From Octopus vulgaris (lineage: Eukaryota): a stretch of 64,000 nucleotides of DNA. The stretch covers positions 74,400,001-74,464,000 of the forward strand of contig OX597814.1 in assembly GCA_951406725.2 (NCBI GenBank), in the 5' to 3' direction. Positions within the stretch are counted from its first letter, which is position 1. The number at the start of each line of letters is the position of its first letter. The translations under genes were made by a program, and so were the position numbers. Positions 38,106 through 51,823 of this stretch are shown here, piece by piece. Under the pieces are notes generated by a model, which was not told the DNA's origin, searched no databases, and worked only from the letters and a program-made list of their open reading frames with translations.

Positions 38106-39159
38106 TAGAATCCCGCCATTTCTTTTTTGAATGCTCACTGTATTAAATATATTAATACTATAACTAACCTTTAAGGGTGTGTTTGGTTTTTTAACAACCG
38201 ACTGCTCTCTTTAGCTATTTCCAGAGACACTAGTATAAACTCGTTATCACTGAGGTCTTAAGTAAATTACCGACTGAGCGTTTATAATGTTTTGCTAATT
38301 AAGTTAGAATGAATTATATTTGCAAATTAGTCTGTATCATTGGTGGAAAGAACGAGAAGGTCCCAAAACAAAATTGAAACTAGTTTGGCTAATGCTCTTT
38401 TTCTTCCCACGGATATATTGTACATAAAGATAGTTATGTCTCTTGGCTAAAATCTCTAAATTTATCTATTCTCTTGGATAGTATAGCATTGAAACAAAAA
38501 ATTTGTAGTGAATCATTTCCTGGATTCTTAACCAGGAATCGAAACCTAGTTTAGATTTTTCTATGAGTTCCTTCCAATTGTTCTCGACGTTAGCATTTAG
38601 AAATTTATGAGAGTCAACTATCAAACTTAGATGAGTTCTGTTGTTTAAGTGAACATTCTTGAGTTAAATACAGTTCAACATAAATACTCATTTACCTCCC
38701 ATTGTTATTTGACCTACAATCAGCTTTCCACTACTCAAACTCAGTTTTTCTTTCGCCTCTTTTCCTTGGCCCTTGACCATAAGGAGCACTACGCGCATGG
38801 CTTTTGACTGTAGTATAACACAGCTTTCATGTTCTCTATTTATCAATATAGAGAGGTAGATTCTTTTACTCTTTCTCTCTCCTATCCGTCTCTAACAGTT
38901 ACTGATGAATTTAACTGCCTACAGAATAAATAAAAGAACTGCGACTAATCTGTGTACAACAACAACATGAAGTTTTTATCTTACATTGTTACGATGAAAT
39001 AAAAGCCATGTTAACTATTACTTTTTATCCTCTCATTAATTTGCTACGTATATTCGTTACATTCTGTGTGCATATTAATCATTACATACTGCCAGACACC
39101 AATAATTTAATCACGTTAAATGTGGTCGGTAAGAGTTACTTCCCTTCAATTAGCAACCG

Positions 39160-39500
39160 TGGAATTTTTGAAAAGTAAAAAGTTTGCATTATGTAGCTTG
39201 TTATTCTCTTTAAGTGAACATTTTTCTGGTTGAAATACACAAAAAAATGGCGACACAGCAGTCAACAAATTGTCAAACATAAGGGATTTTCATAGAAAAA
39301 AGTATCTTTTTGATGTAAAGAATTTTTTGTGTTAACATGGTCCGATTTGAATTTTTTCTTCTACGGAAGGAAGAGCAACCCTTCTTCTATCATACTCTCA
39401 ATTTTGGTCAACTTGCGCCGCAGGGTCTCGGAGGAAATAGTGTTAGTTGAAGGCTACCAAACCTGCCATACACAGACAACTTCAACTTTGTATATATAGA
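39160..39500. mobile_element. DINE-1/Helentron-like non-autonomous fragment
   Basis: caattttggtcaac...catacacagacaacttcaactttgtatatataga end. Confidence 0.35.
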
Positions 39501-39514
39501 GATGTGTTTCTAAT

Positions 39515-39690
39515 TAAAGGCCGGCAATTTTGAAGGAATGGGGAAAGTCTATTCTATAGACTCTAGTATTTTACCAGTACTCTAATTTGCTGATTCCCGA
39601 AAGGATGAGCTTAGAACACGCAAAGTGCCAGAAAAAATACTGCAAAGTATTTTCTCGTACGCTCTAACAATCCTACCAGCTCGCTGCCTT
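39515..39690 (-). mobile_element. SINE family B
   Basis: ggccggcaattttg...cccgaaaggatga...aaatactgcaaag...ccagctcgctgcc. Confidence 0.6.
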
Positions 39691-41119
39691 CCACCTTGTA
39701 ATTTAGCACGGTTTTTGATCAGACAAAATTATGTGTATGTGTGTGTGTGTGTGTGTTCGCGCGCGCGTTATATAAAACAGCAAAATGCCAAACCCCACCT
39801 ATAAAGCAGAAATCGGAAAGCGCGAAACTGTCACTGTATCGAGCTATTAGGTTTTATGAATTACGTAGCTTTGTTGTTCATCACATTCAAAAGCATCAAT
39901 TTATACCTAGTTAATGATATACAATAGATCACGACAGTCAGCAGACACACGATTTCCCGGCTTTCTGCCAAATAAATAAATGAATAAATAAATAAATGTT
40001 AATGAAGCTCTTTGAGTAAAAAAAAAGCCGACAATAAGAAACAAAAAACACGAGTTGCTTGTGTGCAAGTACAAAGATCATTTCACGAAGAAAATTTTAC
40101 ATTGTTTGTCATAAGCATTACAGTATATTACAAATAATACAGCCGGTCGACCTTTTAGAAATAGCAGCAAACTCTTCCTTACCTAGAAAGGAATCATAAA
40201 AAAAATATATTAGATAGTATTTGAAAAATAAAGAAGAGGTATGTTTTTGCTCATAAGTCTGCTCGACCAGGGTTGACAGAAGACAAGACAACAACTTTTT
40301 GTAGGAAGGAGAGCGATCGGTCTGGTACTCATACTGTGATTAAAAAAATCAACAAAAGCAAGTTCCTATGTTGTTTAACTTCAGATGAAACCTGATTGAG
40401 CACACCTATGATTATAGACATTCTAGCTGTGATCAACCAGTCACTTTTCTAGGTGCGATTTGAGGAATATTTATCAGCTATTTTTAGCAGTTAATTTGTC
40501 CAAATAGACGCTTCTATGCCTCTGTGTGAATAAGTATACTTAGTTATTTTACTGTGCTTTGTAATACTCAAGAAATATATCACTCAGCTATGGGGTCAGG
40601 GTTGACCAAAAATACTCACTTAAAAGTTACTCGGGAAGGGAAATAACTCTTACCGGCCAAATTTAATAGAGTTGATTATAAAACTCCTAAATTACGGATA
40701 CTTTTTATTTGTTTCAGTCACTGGACTACGGCCATGCTGGAACATCGCAGTGGAAAAAGTAAATGTTGTTGCCCATCATCCAATAATTCGTAATACGGAA
40801 GCTAATTATTCAGAAATGTCCACGCGACAAAAGTGTTAACTGTCGTAGTGACTAGTTAAAATCCTATTAGGTAATTGACTATCTTACCCCACCCATAGAA
40901 ATTCCACGAAGACTTGGTCATGGATAATTAACACACAGACACATGCCTATATCCATGTACACGCATGCAAACATACATATATACATTCATACACACATAC
41001 ATGCACGCATACATACATACATACATACATACATACATACATACATACATACATACATACATACATACATACATACATACGTACATACATACACACACAC
41101 ATACATACATACATACTGT

Positions 41120-41325
41120 CCCTGAGAAGACTATCGAACACGTCCTTGATCTTGGCTACCATCTTTGGGCGTTTTTATTGTCTCTACTGCAACTTTTCGT
41201 ACTTGATGTACTGCATGCTCAAAAGGGAAGTAAAGGTACATAGATCGGAGATCAAGGGGTCTCTTCAGGCCGAGCCGCTACTTTTCTCCATTGAGAGAGC
41301 ACAGATCCCTTACTACAGACGATTG
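41120..41325 (+). mobile_element. RTE-like LINE 3' coding fragment (related fragment at 43603-43870)
   Basis: Shared ttctccatt.agaga.cacagatcccttactacagac; 43700 encodes GRRPRG...RWLDNI. Confidence 0.5.
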
Positions 41326-41389
41326 ATTACATACATACATAAACAAGGAATACTGGTAGAACATCCCAATAAAAACATCAATTCGGTGC

Positions 41390-41715
41390 AAACATAACAG
41401 ACCTGATATTGTTTTGTGGTACAGGGTCAGCTGCCCAGTAGATGTGAATGAGCAATCAAAAGTCCAAGAAAAAGGGAAACTTTTGGCGAATTAATGCGGA
41501 AATTACAGCTCTTGTACTCTGACTATGTATTCTCATTTGTATCAATCGTCATAGGTACATTAGGTTATGTACCAACAAATTTTCACAAAAATCTAAAAAT
41601 ACTCGGTTTCATGGAAAAAGACAAAAAAAAAAAAAAACTGACGCGGATTCCCCAAATCCAGTCTATTAGTGGCACAGTGAAGATTTGCAAGACATTCCCA
41701 AAATTCTCCATCTGA
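41390..41715 (+). mobile_element. RLE-domain fragment of an R4/NeSL-like LINE
   Basis: NRPDIVLW and SIVIGTLGYVP motifs. Confidence 0.55.
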
Positions 41716-41894
41716 GATTCTTATGTGAATAGATGCACACATTTGGGTGTATGCATGGACAGTTCAACCAACACACCAACTCATATATTTACAAATACTG
41801 GGAACTCGAAAGGTCTTGTCACCTTGTTAGCAACAAGCTAGAACTCTCACAAGAAAGACTTAGATTAAATTCAAAGATAAATCATACATGTGCA

Positions 41895-42061
41895 TAGGCG
41901 CATGAGTGGCTGTGTGGTAATAAGCTTGTTTCCCAACCATATGGTTCCGGGTTTAGTCCCACTGTGTGGCACTTTGGGCAAGTGTCTTCTACTATAGTCT
42001 CGGGCCAACCAAAGCTTTGTGAGTGGATTTGGTAGACTGAAACTGAAAGAGGCCCGTCGTA

Positions 42062-42092
<31 letters not shown>

Positions 42093-42272
42093 GCCTGTGT
42101 TTGTCCCCCCCCCCCCAATATCGCTTGACAACCGATGTCCTCGTAACTTAGCGGCTCGGCAAAAGAGACCAATAAAATAAGTACTAGGTTTACAAAGAAT
42201 AAGTCCTTGGGTCAATTTGTTCGACTAAAGGCAGTGCTCCAGCATGGCTGCAATCAAATGGCTGAAACAAGT
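41895..42272 (+). mobile_element. Full-length tRNA-derived SINE family A
   Basis: A box tggctgtgtgg, B-box-like ggttccgggtttagtccc, internal (tctg)n, tail gtgctccagcatggc...tgaaacaagtaaaa. Confidence 0.85.
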
Positions 42273-42845
42273 AAAAAAAGAAGAAAAATACATACATACA
42301 TACATACATACATACATACATACATACATACATACATACATACATACATACATACATACATACATACGTAGGTACGTACATACATACATACACATATACA
42401 TACATATATACATACACTGCTCAGTGGCTGTGAATATCTCATCTAAAGCTGAGATAAAAACCGACATCTTTGATGAACTTTCAGCTCTTATATTCGGGTT
42501 ATAGATTTTCATTTGTACCAATCATCATAGGTGAACTGGGCTATGCACTAACGGGTCCGCATAAAAAAAAAAAACATAAAACAACAACATAGAAATGCTG
42601 AAATTTTCCTAGAAATAATAAAAAGAAACTGATTCATATCCTTTAAATCTAATAGATTAGTGGTACAGGGAAGATTGTAAAACATTCCAGGGATTCTCCA
42701 ACTGAGTTTCCTAGAATAAATATCGCCATATGCATATAGCATAGAGACGTACACAAAAACTAATTAAACGCACACTTGTGTACTAAAGTGACACGCATAC
42801 CCATTACATGAGTACAAGTACACCCACATCTATATCTGTCTGTCT

Positions 42846-42943
<98 letters not shown>

Positions 42944-42989
42944 CATTTATTTATTTTTCTATTTATTTATTCTCATATCAGCTCATTCA

Positions 42990-43600
42990 CATGTTAGTGA
43001 ATGAGTTGGTGTGAGAATAAACCCAACTTATTAGCTTTACTCTTGTAGATGTACCATAAAGAAGACTGGTGGTTTGCATTACGTCTTCTAAAATTGACTT
43101 TGCATAAACCGATGTAATTATTCTTTTCAGTTACGTTATCTTGAAGCGTTGCTGCGTCTTCTGCCTCATTGATGACAGTATTTATCATATATATCTGGTC
43201 AAGTGGGCAAGCTTCAGGGTCTCGGCAGTTACAAGTGAGAGTGAACTCTTGGTGTGGTTTAACAGTGATGATGTTCTTCATATTGGAGCAGCACTATGAT
43301 ATTTTTATCGAGCATCTATTAAAAATCTTCCTGTATTTATGATTTACTGAGAAATAGTTATTTAAAATAACCAGGAAATTTTGCCTACATTAGTTCTAAT
43401 ATTTAGGGAGAAGAGGGACGGTGAGCCAAATTATTTTCCTAGATTAATTTTTAGGGTTATTTTTAGTTTTCATATTTTTAATTGAAGTGTGGTAATATAT
43501 CTTATCTTTGAAGCTGCTGTTAGCCATGTATTGTTATAGTAGGGAGATGCCTTATAAAATATTTCCTTTGAAGAGGAGAGATTAGATATCCTATTACTGA
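42990..43600 (-). mobile_element. Penelope-like C-terminal fragment (Naiad/Chlamys-like Cys linker and GIY-YIG)
   Basis: CNCRDPEACPLD...TVIN...NYIGLCKVNFRRRNANHQSS. Confidence 0.7.
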
Positions 43601-43897
43601 TGTTTTCTCCATTCAGAGACCACAGATCCCTTACTACAGACAATTGATTAGGATGTCGTTGGAAAGAATCGCAAGAGGGATTTTTGAAGCCGAACCAACC
43701 GGTAGGAGACCTAGAGGGCAGAACAAGAATGAGATGGTTGGATAATATCCATTTCTCAAGTGGTCCTGCTTAAAAACCAAGTAGGAAAGTGTAATGGCAA
43801 TTGCTCCTGATTAGACCGTACGGAGGAATCTACCTCTACGACCCATCCAAAAATAGTGGGCACAGAAAATGGATGGATATATGTGTGTATGTCCATG

Positions 43898-43960
<63 letters not shown>

Positions 43961-43995
43961 GTATATATACACACACACATATGCACACTCACACA

Positions 43996-45584
43996 CACTA
44001 CATCCCACATTATTAGGCAAATCAACCTTCTCTCAATAAATAAATGTATTTTCATTCAAAACCAGTTGTTTTCTTACTGGCAGTTGGCAACACCTAACTG
44101 CGCACATTCTATTAAAATAAATCGGATCTGCGCAGACGAAAACAAACGGCAGCTATTATCGTGTAGGAGCAACATTTCTGCTGTCCCAAATTATTAGGCA
44201 GGTGCCCAATTTAAGTGTCATTATGGGCCAGAAACGTGATCTTATCTCGAATGAGAAGTCTACCTTGTGTTAGAGCTTGGAAAAGGAAAAATAACCATAG
44301 AAATATCAAAAATACTGAGAAGAGATCACTGAACAGTGAAGAAATTTGTGCTGTTTCCTATTTCCTACTAGTCGAGGATAGATAAGTGTAAGTCGAGGTT
44401 GTTTCTCATGTGTGAAAAAGGAATTTGTGCGGAACCCATGTGTGACAAGTAGAGAAGTCTTCAAACGTTGTGGCAAGAAGACATATCGAAAACTATCAGG
44501 TGTCGCCTCTTGAAGCAGGTGGCGAAGAATGTTAAACTTGTTACAAGACCCCCTCTGAAGGCTGTTCATAAGCAGAAGAGACTGGAATGGGCAGAAGAAT
44601 ACATGAAGATAGATTTTTCAACAGTTCTGTTCACTGATGAATGCCGTGCTACCCTTGATCGACCAGATGGCTAGAGTAAAGGTTCGGTATCAATCAGCGG
44701 GAACCGTCTTCATAATTTGAGATGCTAACAGGGGTCATGTTTTGGGCTGGCATCGTTGGTGGTATGATGGTCGGGCCATGATTAGTCCCAGATGGCATTA
44801 AGATGACATCGAAAACACATGTTACCTTCTTAAAGGACAATTTCCAACCGTGGTTTAAAAACAAAAACAAAAAACAAACAAAAAAAAACTTTCATTCAAG
44901 AGAAAGCTGATCTTCATGCAAGATAATGCCCTCATCTCATGCAGCGAAGAATTGTAACGAATATCTGCAGCAAACAGGCTTCTCTGGAGGTTGTTTGACG
45001 GAGTGGCCACCTTGTTCCCCTGACTTAAACCTGATCGAGAGCCTGTGGAGTGTCCTGAAGAGGTGCGTTTACCATGAAGGACAGCAGGTTTCAAATATAG
45101 TCGCCCTCTAGGATGATATTGTAGATACTGCCCAAAGCATGATACAAGAAGACATCATCACCTTGACAAATTCAATGGACCAGCACGTAAGGAAAGTTAT
45201 TGCATGTGGAGGGTCATGCATCAAACATTAGGAGCTGTATGACATCATAATCCCATGATTAATTTCATTCGAACGTATTATGTTTATCATTAAGTCCTTT
45301 ATGAATAATTTTTTGTTAAACATTTACTGTTGAATTAAATAAACGTTTGTTCTGCCGCAATTAGCATTTTTATTATACTTGCCAAATAAGTTGTGATGGT
45401 GAAAATGTTGCCCAATCACAAAAGTGGCCACCATTTGTTGGCGTCTGCGCAGATCCGATTTATCCTAAGAGAATGTGCGCAGACAGGTGTTGCCAACAGT
45501 CAGTGAGAGAACAACTGGTTTTGAAGAAATATACATTTATTTATTGAGTGAAGGTTGATTTGCCTAATAATGTGGAACGCAGTG
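43996..45584 (+). mobile_element. Full-length Tc1 (DD34E) element with long IR/DR ends, transposase pseudogene ~44223-45230
   Basis: At least 140-bp inverted termini; VLFTDECR, FMQDNA, WPPCSPDLNLIESLW; direct repeat ccca.attattaggca at ~44004 and ~44185. Confidence 0.9.
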
Positions 45585-46245
45585 TATATGTATGTGTTTG
45601 TGTGTTTATGTCAGGTTATAGCAAAAGTGATTTAAGACCATGTGGTTTAACCTTACTGCTATAAGCATTTGGATCAAATCTCCAGATTTAAAATACTTCC
45701 CTTCTCCCAGAGTCAGAAGCCGTGCTCTTACTTGTCAAGAAGCGGTTAAAAAGAGGTTTGAATCTTCATATAAATGTGCGCATGCGTCGTGACTGCGTGG
45801 TTAAGAATTTTGCTTCTCACGAAGATGCGACTGAAATCAAACGCAAATCGCAGCATTTTGAGCAAATGTTTACTGGAATCAACCCAAATCTAGGGAATAA
45901 AATTAGAAAGAAACTGTCGTACGGGCTGTGCACGTAATTTAAGCACAACCGTGCTATATACAGTCTCCTGTCGGTGGATTATGTTAATCATACAAGTGTC
46001 TAAGAGCGAGTCAAGCTGAACAATCGTTTGTGGAAAAAGACGAAAGATTCCATATCTAAGTGCATGTATGCGTGCATATGTATTGTGTATTGTTCATCAT
46101 TCATTAACTAATTATGTTGAAACATATTGGGTCATTGATCTCGGTGTCATTGGAACCGGCTGTTTGCCAAGCATCCTGACTTTTCTGTCAGTTTCAGTTT
46201 GTCTGCACTTTCTCTCTCCCTGTATCTGCTGTCTGCTTTCTTTTT

Positions 46246-46323
<78 letters not shown>

Positions 46324-47069
46324 TACATATGCGCGCGCTCGCGTGTGCGTAGCAAGACTGCAACAAGTAGCACAGCATTCGATAAGTTAAGAGACCAAAG
46401 ATATTATTATAACGAAAACTACACACAACTACCTTGTGAATACAGCTACCCAGGGTTTCCTGTCCAAAATATTAATTTTTTCGCTATTTATCAAGTTGTT
46501 AGAAACAAGACAGTTTAGCAATTGTGTTCGATGTAATCGACGTTTCAATGAGCATGCGCATTTATAAAAATATAGAGAAACACAGGGGAAATAATTAACT
46601 TCACAGTAAATAAAGCCAGTGTCTTACGAATATCAAAATTACATAAACCAACGCTTGAATGGTTTCTGATGTGTCCGGTGGGTTATCTTTAATTTCCGCT
46701 AAAATGTACTTTTTAAAATGCGGACATAAAGAAAAAAATCTCGCTCCTGATATTTACACAATCATCTTTTAAAAGATGGAATATGGAAATATTTTTGACC
46801 CGTTAATACAAAATTTGGTCTTAGAAAGGAGCTTCCAATTGATGACGTTCTCGTCCATAAGTTTTCAGATTAATGCCAGTTGATGCATGTCTCTTCTCGG
46901 GGTATCTAAAGGATGACAGATGATTTTTGTATCTGGAATTAAATTTTCTATAGATCCAATATAACGTTTGGTCTCTGTATGTATGTATGTATGTATGTAT
47001 GTATGTATGTATGTATGTATGTATGTATGTATGTATGTATGTATGTATGTATGTATGTATGTATGTATG

Positions 47070-47100
<31 letters not shown>

Positions 47101-47588
47101 GATGCAGAGCAACAGAAATACAGACACAGTAATGCCTCAATATGCGAGTTAATTTGTTCCCGCAGACCGCTTTTAAAGCGAAAACTCAAAGCAGAGCAAT
47201 AATTTCCCATAGTAGCAATATTATAAATCGTAATTCGTTTCCAGAAAAATATTTCACCTATAAAATTTATAATATTCATAAATAAGTGGCAATAAAACAA
47301 CAGTAGAATGTAAAGAATATTTTATGTGAAGTAGAAAGAATGTCAAGATCATTTATAATGAAAACTATAATCGTTTTCTGAATCACTTATACTCGCACTA
47401 GACTCGTACACATCATCCCTTGTAGACACGATCGCCGATTCACAAGCACTTCTATACGGATTTGTAGATTTCTTTTTAAAAAACAAGTCTAGAGCTGTTT
47501 GCTTAGAAGAAGCTTTTTTTTCACTCTATATATTTCTCAGTAACATGCAGAAGCATTTGTTATGGTAGTAGAAACTTTTTCACTTCAT

Positions 47589-47925
47589 CAAGGTATGTTT
47601 ACATATTTGGGTAGTCCGGGATAAGTTTCATACAAAATTTAATATATTAAAGTTTTTTAGTTTTCTTGAGATGTTCGTTTGTCTGTCCAGTAGGAGAATA
47701 CAGTAGTATTTTTGCAACGAAAAGGATGTTTACATTTTCGAATACTCAGGGAGAAGGGAAAGGAAAGAAAAGGAAGCTAAAATTTTAACAGAAAATTGAA
47801 GAAATTAAGGTTTTCAAATTTACTGGCGATGATCTTTTGTCTGTCAGAACAGAGAGAGAGAGAGAAAAAAAAGAAAAAGAATACTGTAGTGTTCTTGGAA
47901 TAAAGAGGATGTTTATTTGTTCAAA
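47589..47925 (+). repeat. Left arm of a long inverted repeat (foldback-like)
   Basis: Reverse complement of ~50765-51085. Confidence 0.85.
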
Positions 47926-48349
47926 ATTTGGAACTTGTGCTTGAAAAAGAAAACTCGTAAACCCGGGGGTCTCGTAAAGTGAGGTATTATTGTATCTAGT
48001 TTTTTTGGAAACTTTGAAGGACAGTAGTTAGGTGACGATTTCCAGAGATAACAGCACGCATTTTAGCAACATAATCGCTGCTTGTTGAAGTTTAAGGGTG
48101 TCCAGATTTGGCATCATCTTCGGTGGATGTTCCTCACAATTTGAAACTCTAGTAGTAATCATGGAATTCCTCTTAACAAAGACAATATTCTCCACAGGCC
48201 TATTGTAGGATTTGAAAAGTCTCCGTGAAATTTTTATCCGATTTGAAACGAACAGATTGCTATTCTAAATACATCATTGTTCAACCAGCCGAATACACTA
48301 GAGATACCGTCACTCTAGCCAAAATAGATTATTAATTAACTGACATGTT

Positions 48350-49560
48350 TTGATTCTAAAGTGGCTAGGAAATACTTCGCCATTCCGAAGTTTCTATATA
48401 CCTTCCGTAGTGCCCCTTGCTATAGCCACGCATCTCTCTTCAAAGATCTCGATGCCTGTATCCAACTGTTCACCGAAGAAATATACAACATCCGGTTTGG
48501 CGACACTGGGTGGAAACAAGCTATCTTGCCTGTCAGCTATGCAGCCTCTGCCTCAGGCCTCCCGCCTCTGGTCTTCTGTCTCACTGCACTTGCAGACATT
48601 TCTTTCGTCGGTGACTCTTGTCATATCATCGTCAACAGGGTTCTCCACAACACAGCTGTACCTACTGCAATCGGGGACCGCGAGGTAGCCTACGCGGCAT
48701 GGAGCCATCTCCACCGTCACACTGAAGACGCCCACCCAACTCTTTTCTTTGTGGGTGTCCGGTCCCCCTAAAAGAAATGGGACGCCACCCAGTCCAGCAT
48801 GATCTCCAACGGGCTGGTGCACCATCTTAATAAGTATCTTCTGGCATGTTTCCGCTCGGCCACCCCGCCCCACAGCGCTACCTGGCTCAATGAAGTGCCA
48901 TCACTCTCAACTGGCGCTCAGTTAAATAGCGAATGTTGGCGTATCGGTGTTTCCTTGACGCTTGTTCACTGGATCTGTGAACCTCACAAATACCGCTGTG
49001 GATCCACCGCTGTGTGTTCTTCGGTCCTCACTTATTGTCATGCCATTATGATGCTGGCTGCCTTCCACGTCAAGCTGCTCTTAATGAAATCATAAAACAT
49101 GATCTAAACGCCGCAGGCTTCACTTCTCAGCTCGTTCCCGCGGGGATGGACAAAAGGCACGGTAAGAGGCCAGACGGCATGACAATTTTCCCGTTCCGCA
49201 CTGATAGGCCCCTCATCTGGGATGCCAGTTGCTGCGACACCTTCTCCAGCGGCAACCTGGTGTGTTCGCCTGCCAGCCCAAGATCTGCTGCTCCCCAAGC
49301 CGAGAAGGGCAAAATGTTAAAGTATCAGCTGTCCTGTGACAGATTTGTGATCGAGTCTATGATAGTACACACCTCAAGCAGTCTTGGCGCCCGGATTACA
49401 TCCTTGTTCACCACTGTCGAGGCAGAAATGGCTATTCACAAGTGCGAACCCCCGTGAGTCGGAGGGGCTGTTCCATAGCGTCTCCCTCGCCATCCTCCAG
49501 AGCAAAACTTTAAAAATTTTATTTGCTGCGACCATGAGGCGGACTAACAAGTCTTTTTAG
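48350..49560 (+). mobile_element. CRE-clade non-LTR retrotransposon 3' part, degenerate
   Basis: WKQAILPV, SATWLNEVP, CEPHKYRCG...HLLSC, KRPDGMTIFPF...LIWDASCCDT (RLE). Confidence 0.8.
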
Positions 49561-49739
49561 TTATAGTTGTAGTATTTCTTAAGACCGCACATATCGTCTT
49601 AGTCACAGCCTAAACTGTAAAACACTAATAGACTAAATATAGAAGGTAGCCAAAGTGTGGACAAACGGTCTATTGACGTGGCATGATGTGACTATCTTTA
49701 CACCAATGATAAAAGCTTCTGATTTAGGCATAAGTACAC

Positions 49740-49885
49740 AAGTACCCCAGAGCTAAGACTTGCCTTGCTGAAGGAATAAAGACAGCTTGACCTCGGCAGG
49801 ACTTGAATACAATTAGGTGCTGGAAGAAATACCGCAAAGCATTTTTTCGTAGGATCTAACGATTTTGTCAGCTTACTGCACTCAT
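49740..49885 (-). mobile_element. SINE family B fragment
   Basis: aaggaataaagacagcttgacctcggcaggacttgaa...aaataccgcaaagcatttt. Confidence 0.55.
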
Positions 49886-50005
49886 TAGACTGAATATATT
49901 GACATCACTCCCAGCCATAACAAGCATACTAGGCTGGGTTGGTCTAGTTGGAGCCATATAGTAAAAGTTTGGTTTCTTTTACAGAGAACTTGGGTACACA
50001 CTCAG

Positions 50006-50047
<42 letters not shown>

Positions 50048-50197
50048 ACACACACACACAGACAAACACACACGCACACAGGGTGGACCAAAAGTCATGC
50101 ACTAAGATTAAGGCTCTATATTTTTCATTTAAAAAACAATTTTTCTAAAATTGAATAACTAAAATAATGATTAATACACACGTACATGATGAACGAA

Positions 50198-50200
<3 letters not shown>

Positions 50201-50232
<32 letters not shown>

Positions 50233-50276
50233 TAATAATAATGATAATAATGATAATAATAATAATAATGATAATA

Positions 50277-50328
<52 letters not shown>

Positions 50329-50352
50329 TAATAATAATGATAATAATAATAA
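50201..50352 (+). repeat. (AAT/GAT)n microsatellite
   Basis: Direct observation. Confidence 0.95.
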
Positions 50353-50419
50353 CTCCCAAAGACGGGAATATCTACAATTTCCTGTGAGTATTTTGAATTT
50401 CCCTCAAAATAAGTTAAGA

Positions 50420-51085
50420 AACTTCTGTGAATACCTACCCTTTCCTCTCTCCCTGAGTATTCGAAAATGTAAACATCCTCTTTATTCCAAGAACACTACA
50501 GTTTTCTTTCTTTTTTTCTCTGTTCAGACAGACAAAAGATCATCTCCAGTAAACTTTTAAACCTTAATTTCTTCAATTTTCTGTTAAAATTTTACCTTCC
50601 TATCCTTTTCTTTCCTTTCTCCCTGAGTATTCGAAAATGTAAACATCCTTTTCATAGCAAAAATACTACTGTATAATCCAACTGGACAGGCAAACGAACA
50701 TCTTAAAAAACATTAATATCTACAACGTCTATGAATACCAATCCTTTCCTTTCTCCCTGTGTATTCGAAAATGCAAACACCCTCTTTATTCCAAGAACAC
50801 TACAGTTTTCTTTCTTTTTTTCTTTCTGATAGGACAGACAAAAATCATCTCCAGTAAATTTGAAGACCTTAATTTCTACAATTTTCTGTTAAAATTTTAC
50901 CTTCCTTTTATTTCCTTTCCTTTCTCCCTGAGTATTCGAAAATGTAAACACCCATTGCAAAAATACTACTGTATTCTCCAACTGGACAGACAAACGAACA
51001 TCTCAAGAAAACTTAAAAACTTTAATATATTAAATTTTGTCTGAAACTTATCCCGGACTACCCAAATATGTAAACATATCTTTTA
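50420..51085 (-). repeat. Right arm of the long inverted repeat, with an internal ~300-bp tandem duplication
   Basis: ccctg(a/t)gtattcgaaaatg(t/c)aaaca recurs at ~50451, 50621, 50755 and 50926. Confidence 0.85.
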
Positions 51086-51134
51086 TTGCAACAGCACAAT
51101 TGAATTCAAAAATTCAGCGACGTGAATATCAGTG

Positions 51135-51171
<37 letters not shown>

Positions 51172-51823
51172 ATTATTGCTATTTCTACCAGTTATTACAA
51201 ATAGAACAGGTTGAATTGCTTCATTTGACCTCTGCTGACCCAAAGGGTGCAAAGATTCTTTTGTCTCTATGGCTGACCTCCCCACCATCTGCGGAATCTA
51301 TTTATAGACCTGTAGATTTTGATCTGTCCACCAAGCTGCTAATCTTCCTCTAACTGTTTCCCCTAAACAACCGCATATTTATGATTATCTCAAGTACAGG
51401 AAAAAGTTGAAAATAAAGATCATTTAATAAAGTATTTTAATAATAAATGGAAATAATAATAAGGGTAATAACAACAGTAGTGGTGGTGATGGTGATAATG
51501 ATAAAAATAAAAATAATGATTATATGCTGCAGCTGCTAATACTACAACTACTACTATTCTGATAGCACAGGAATCTGAGGCCCAACTACCATTACTACCA
51601 TTGTCCCCTACCTATGTAACTTCTGAGTCTGTTAATATAACAATGACAAATAGTAAAACATAGAAACAAGAATATCAGTGAAAACAGAGATGATAAAAAT
51701 AATAATAATGAAAGGAAGCGGGTGGAGCCTTCTCCTCATCCTCATGAGCTGATTAATGATACATCTAGTGATAGTATCACAATAAAAACACTGGTAATTG
51801 TGTAACCTGATATCCACTACCTC

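Noticed and set aside
46320-47470. CpG-containing patches that might be a promoter or first exon
   Set aside because: No ORF, splice pattern or motif strong enough to support a call.
50420-51000. CRISPR-like regularly recurring ~25-bp motif
   Set aside because: Eukaryotic context, the spacers are themselves repeated, and there are no cas genes.
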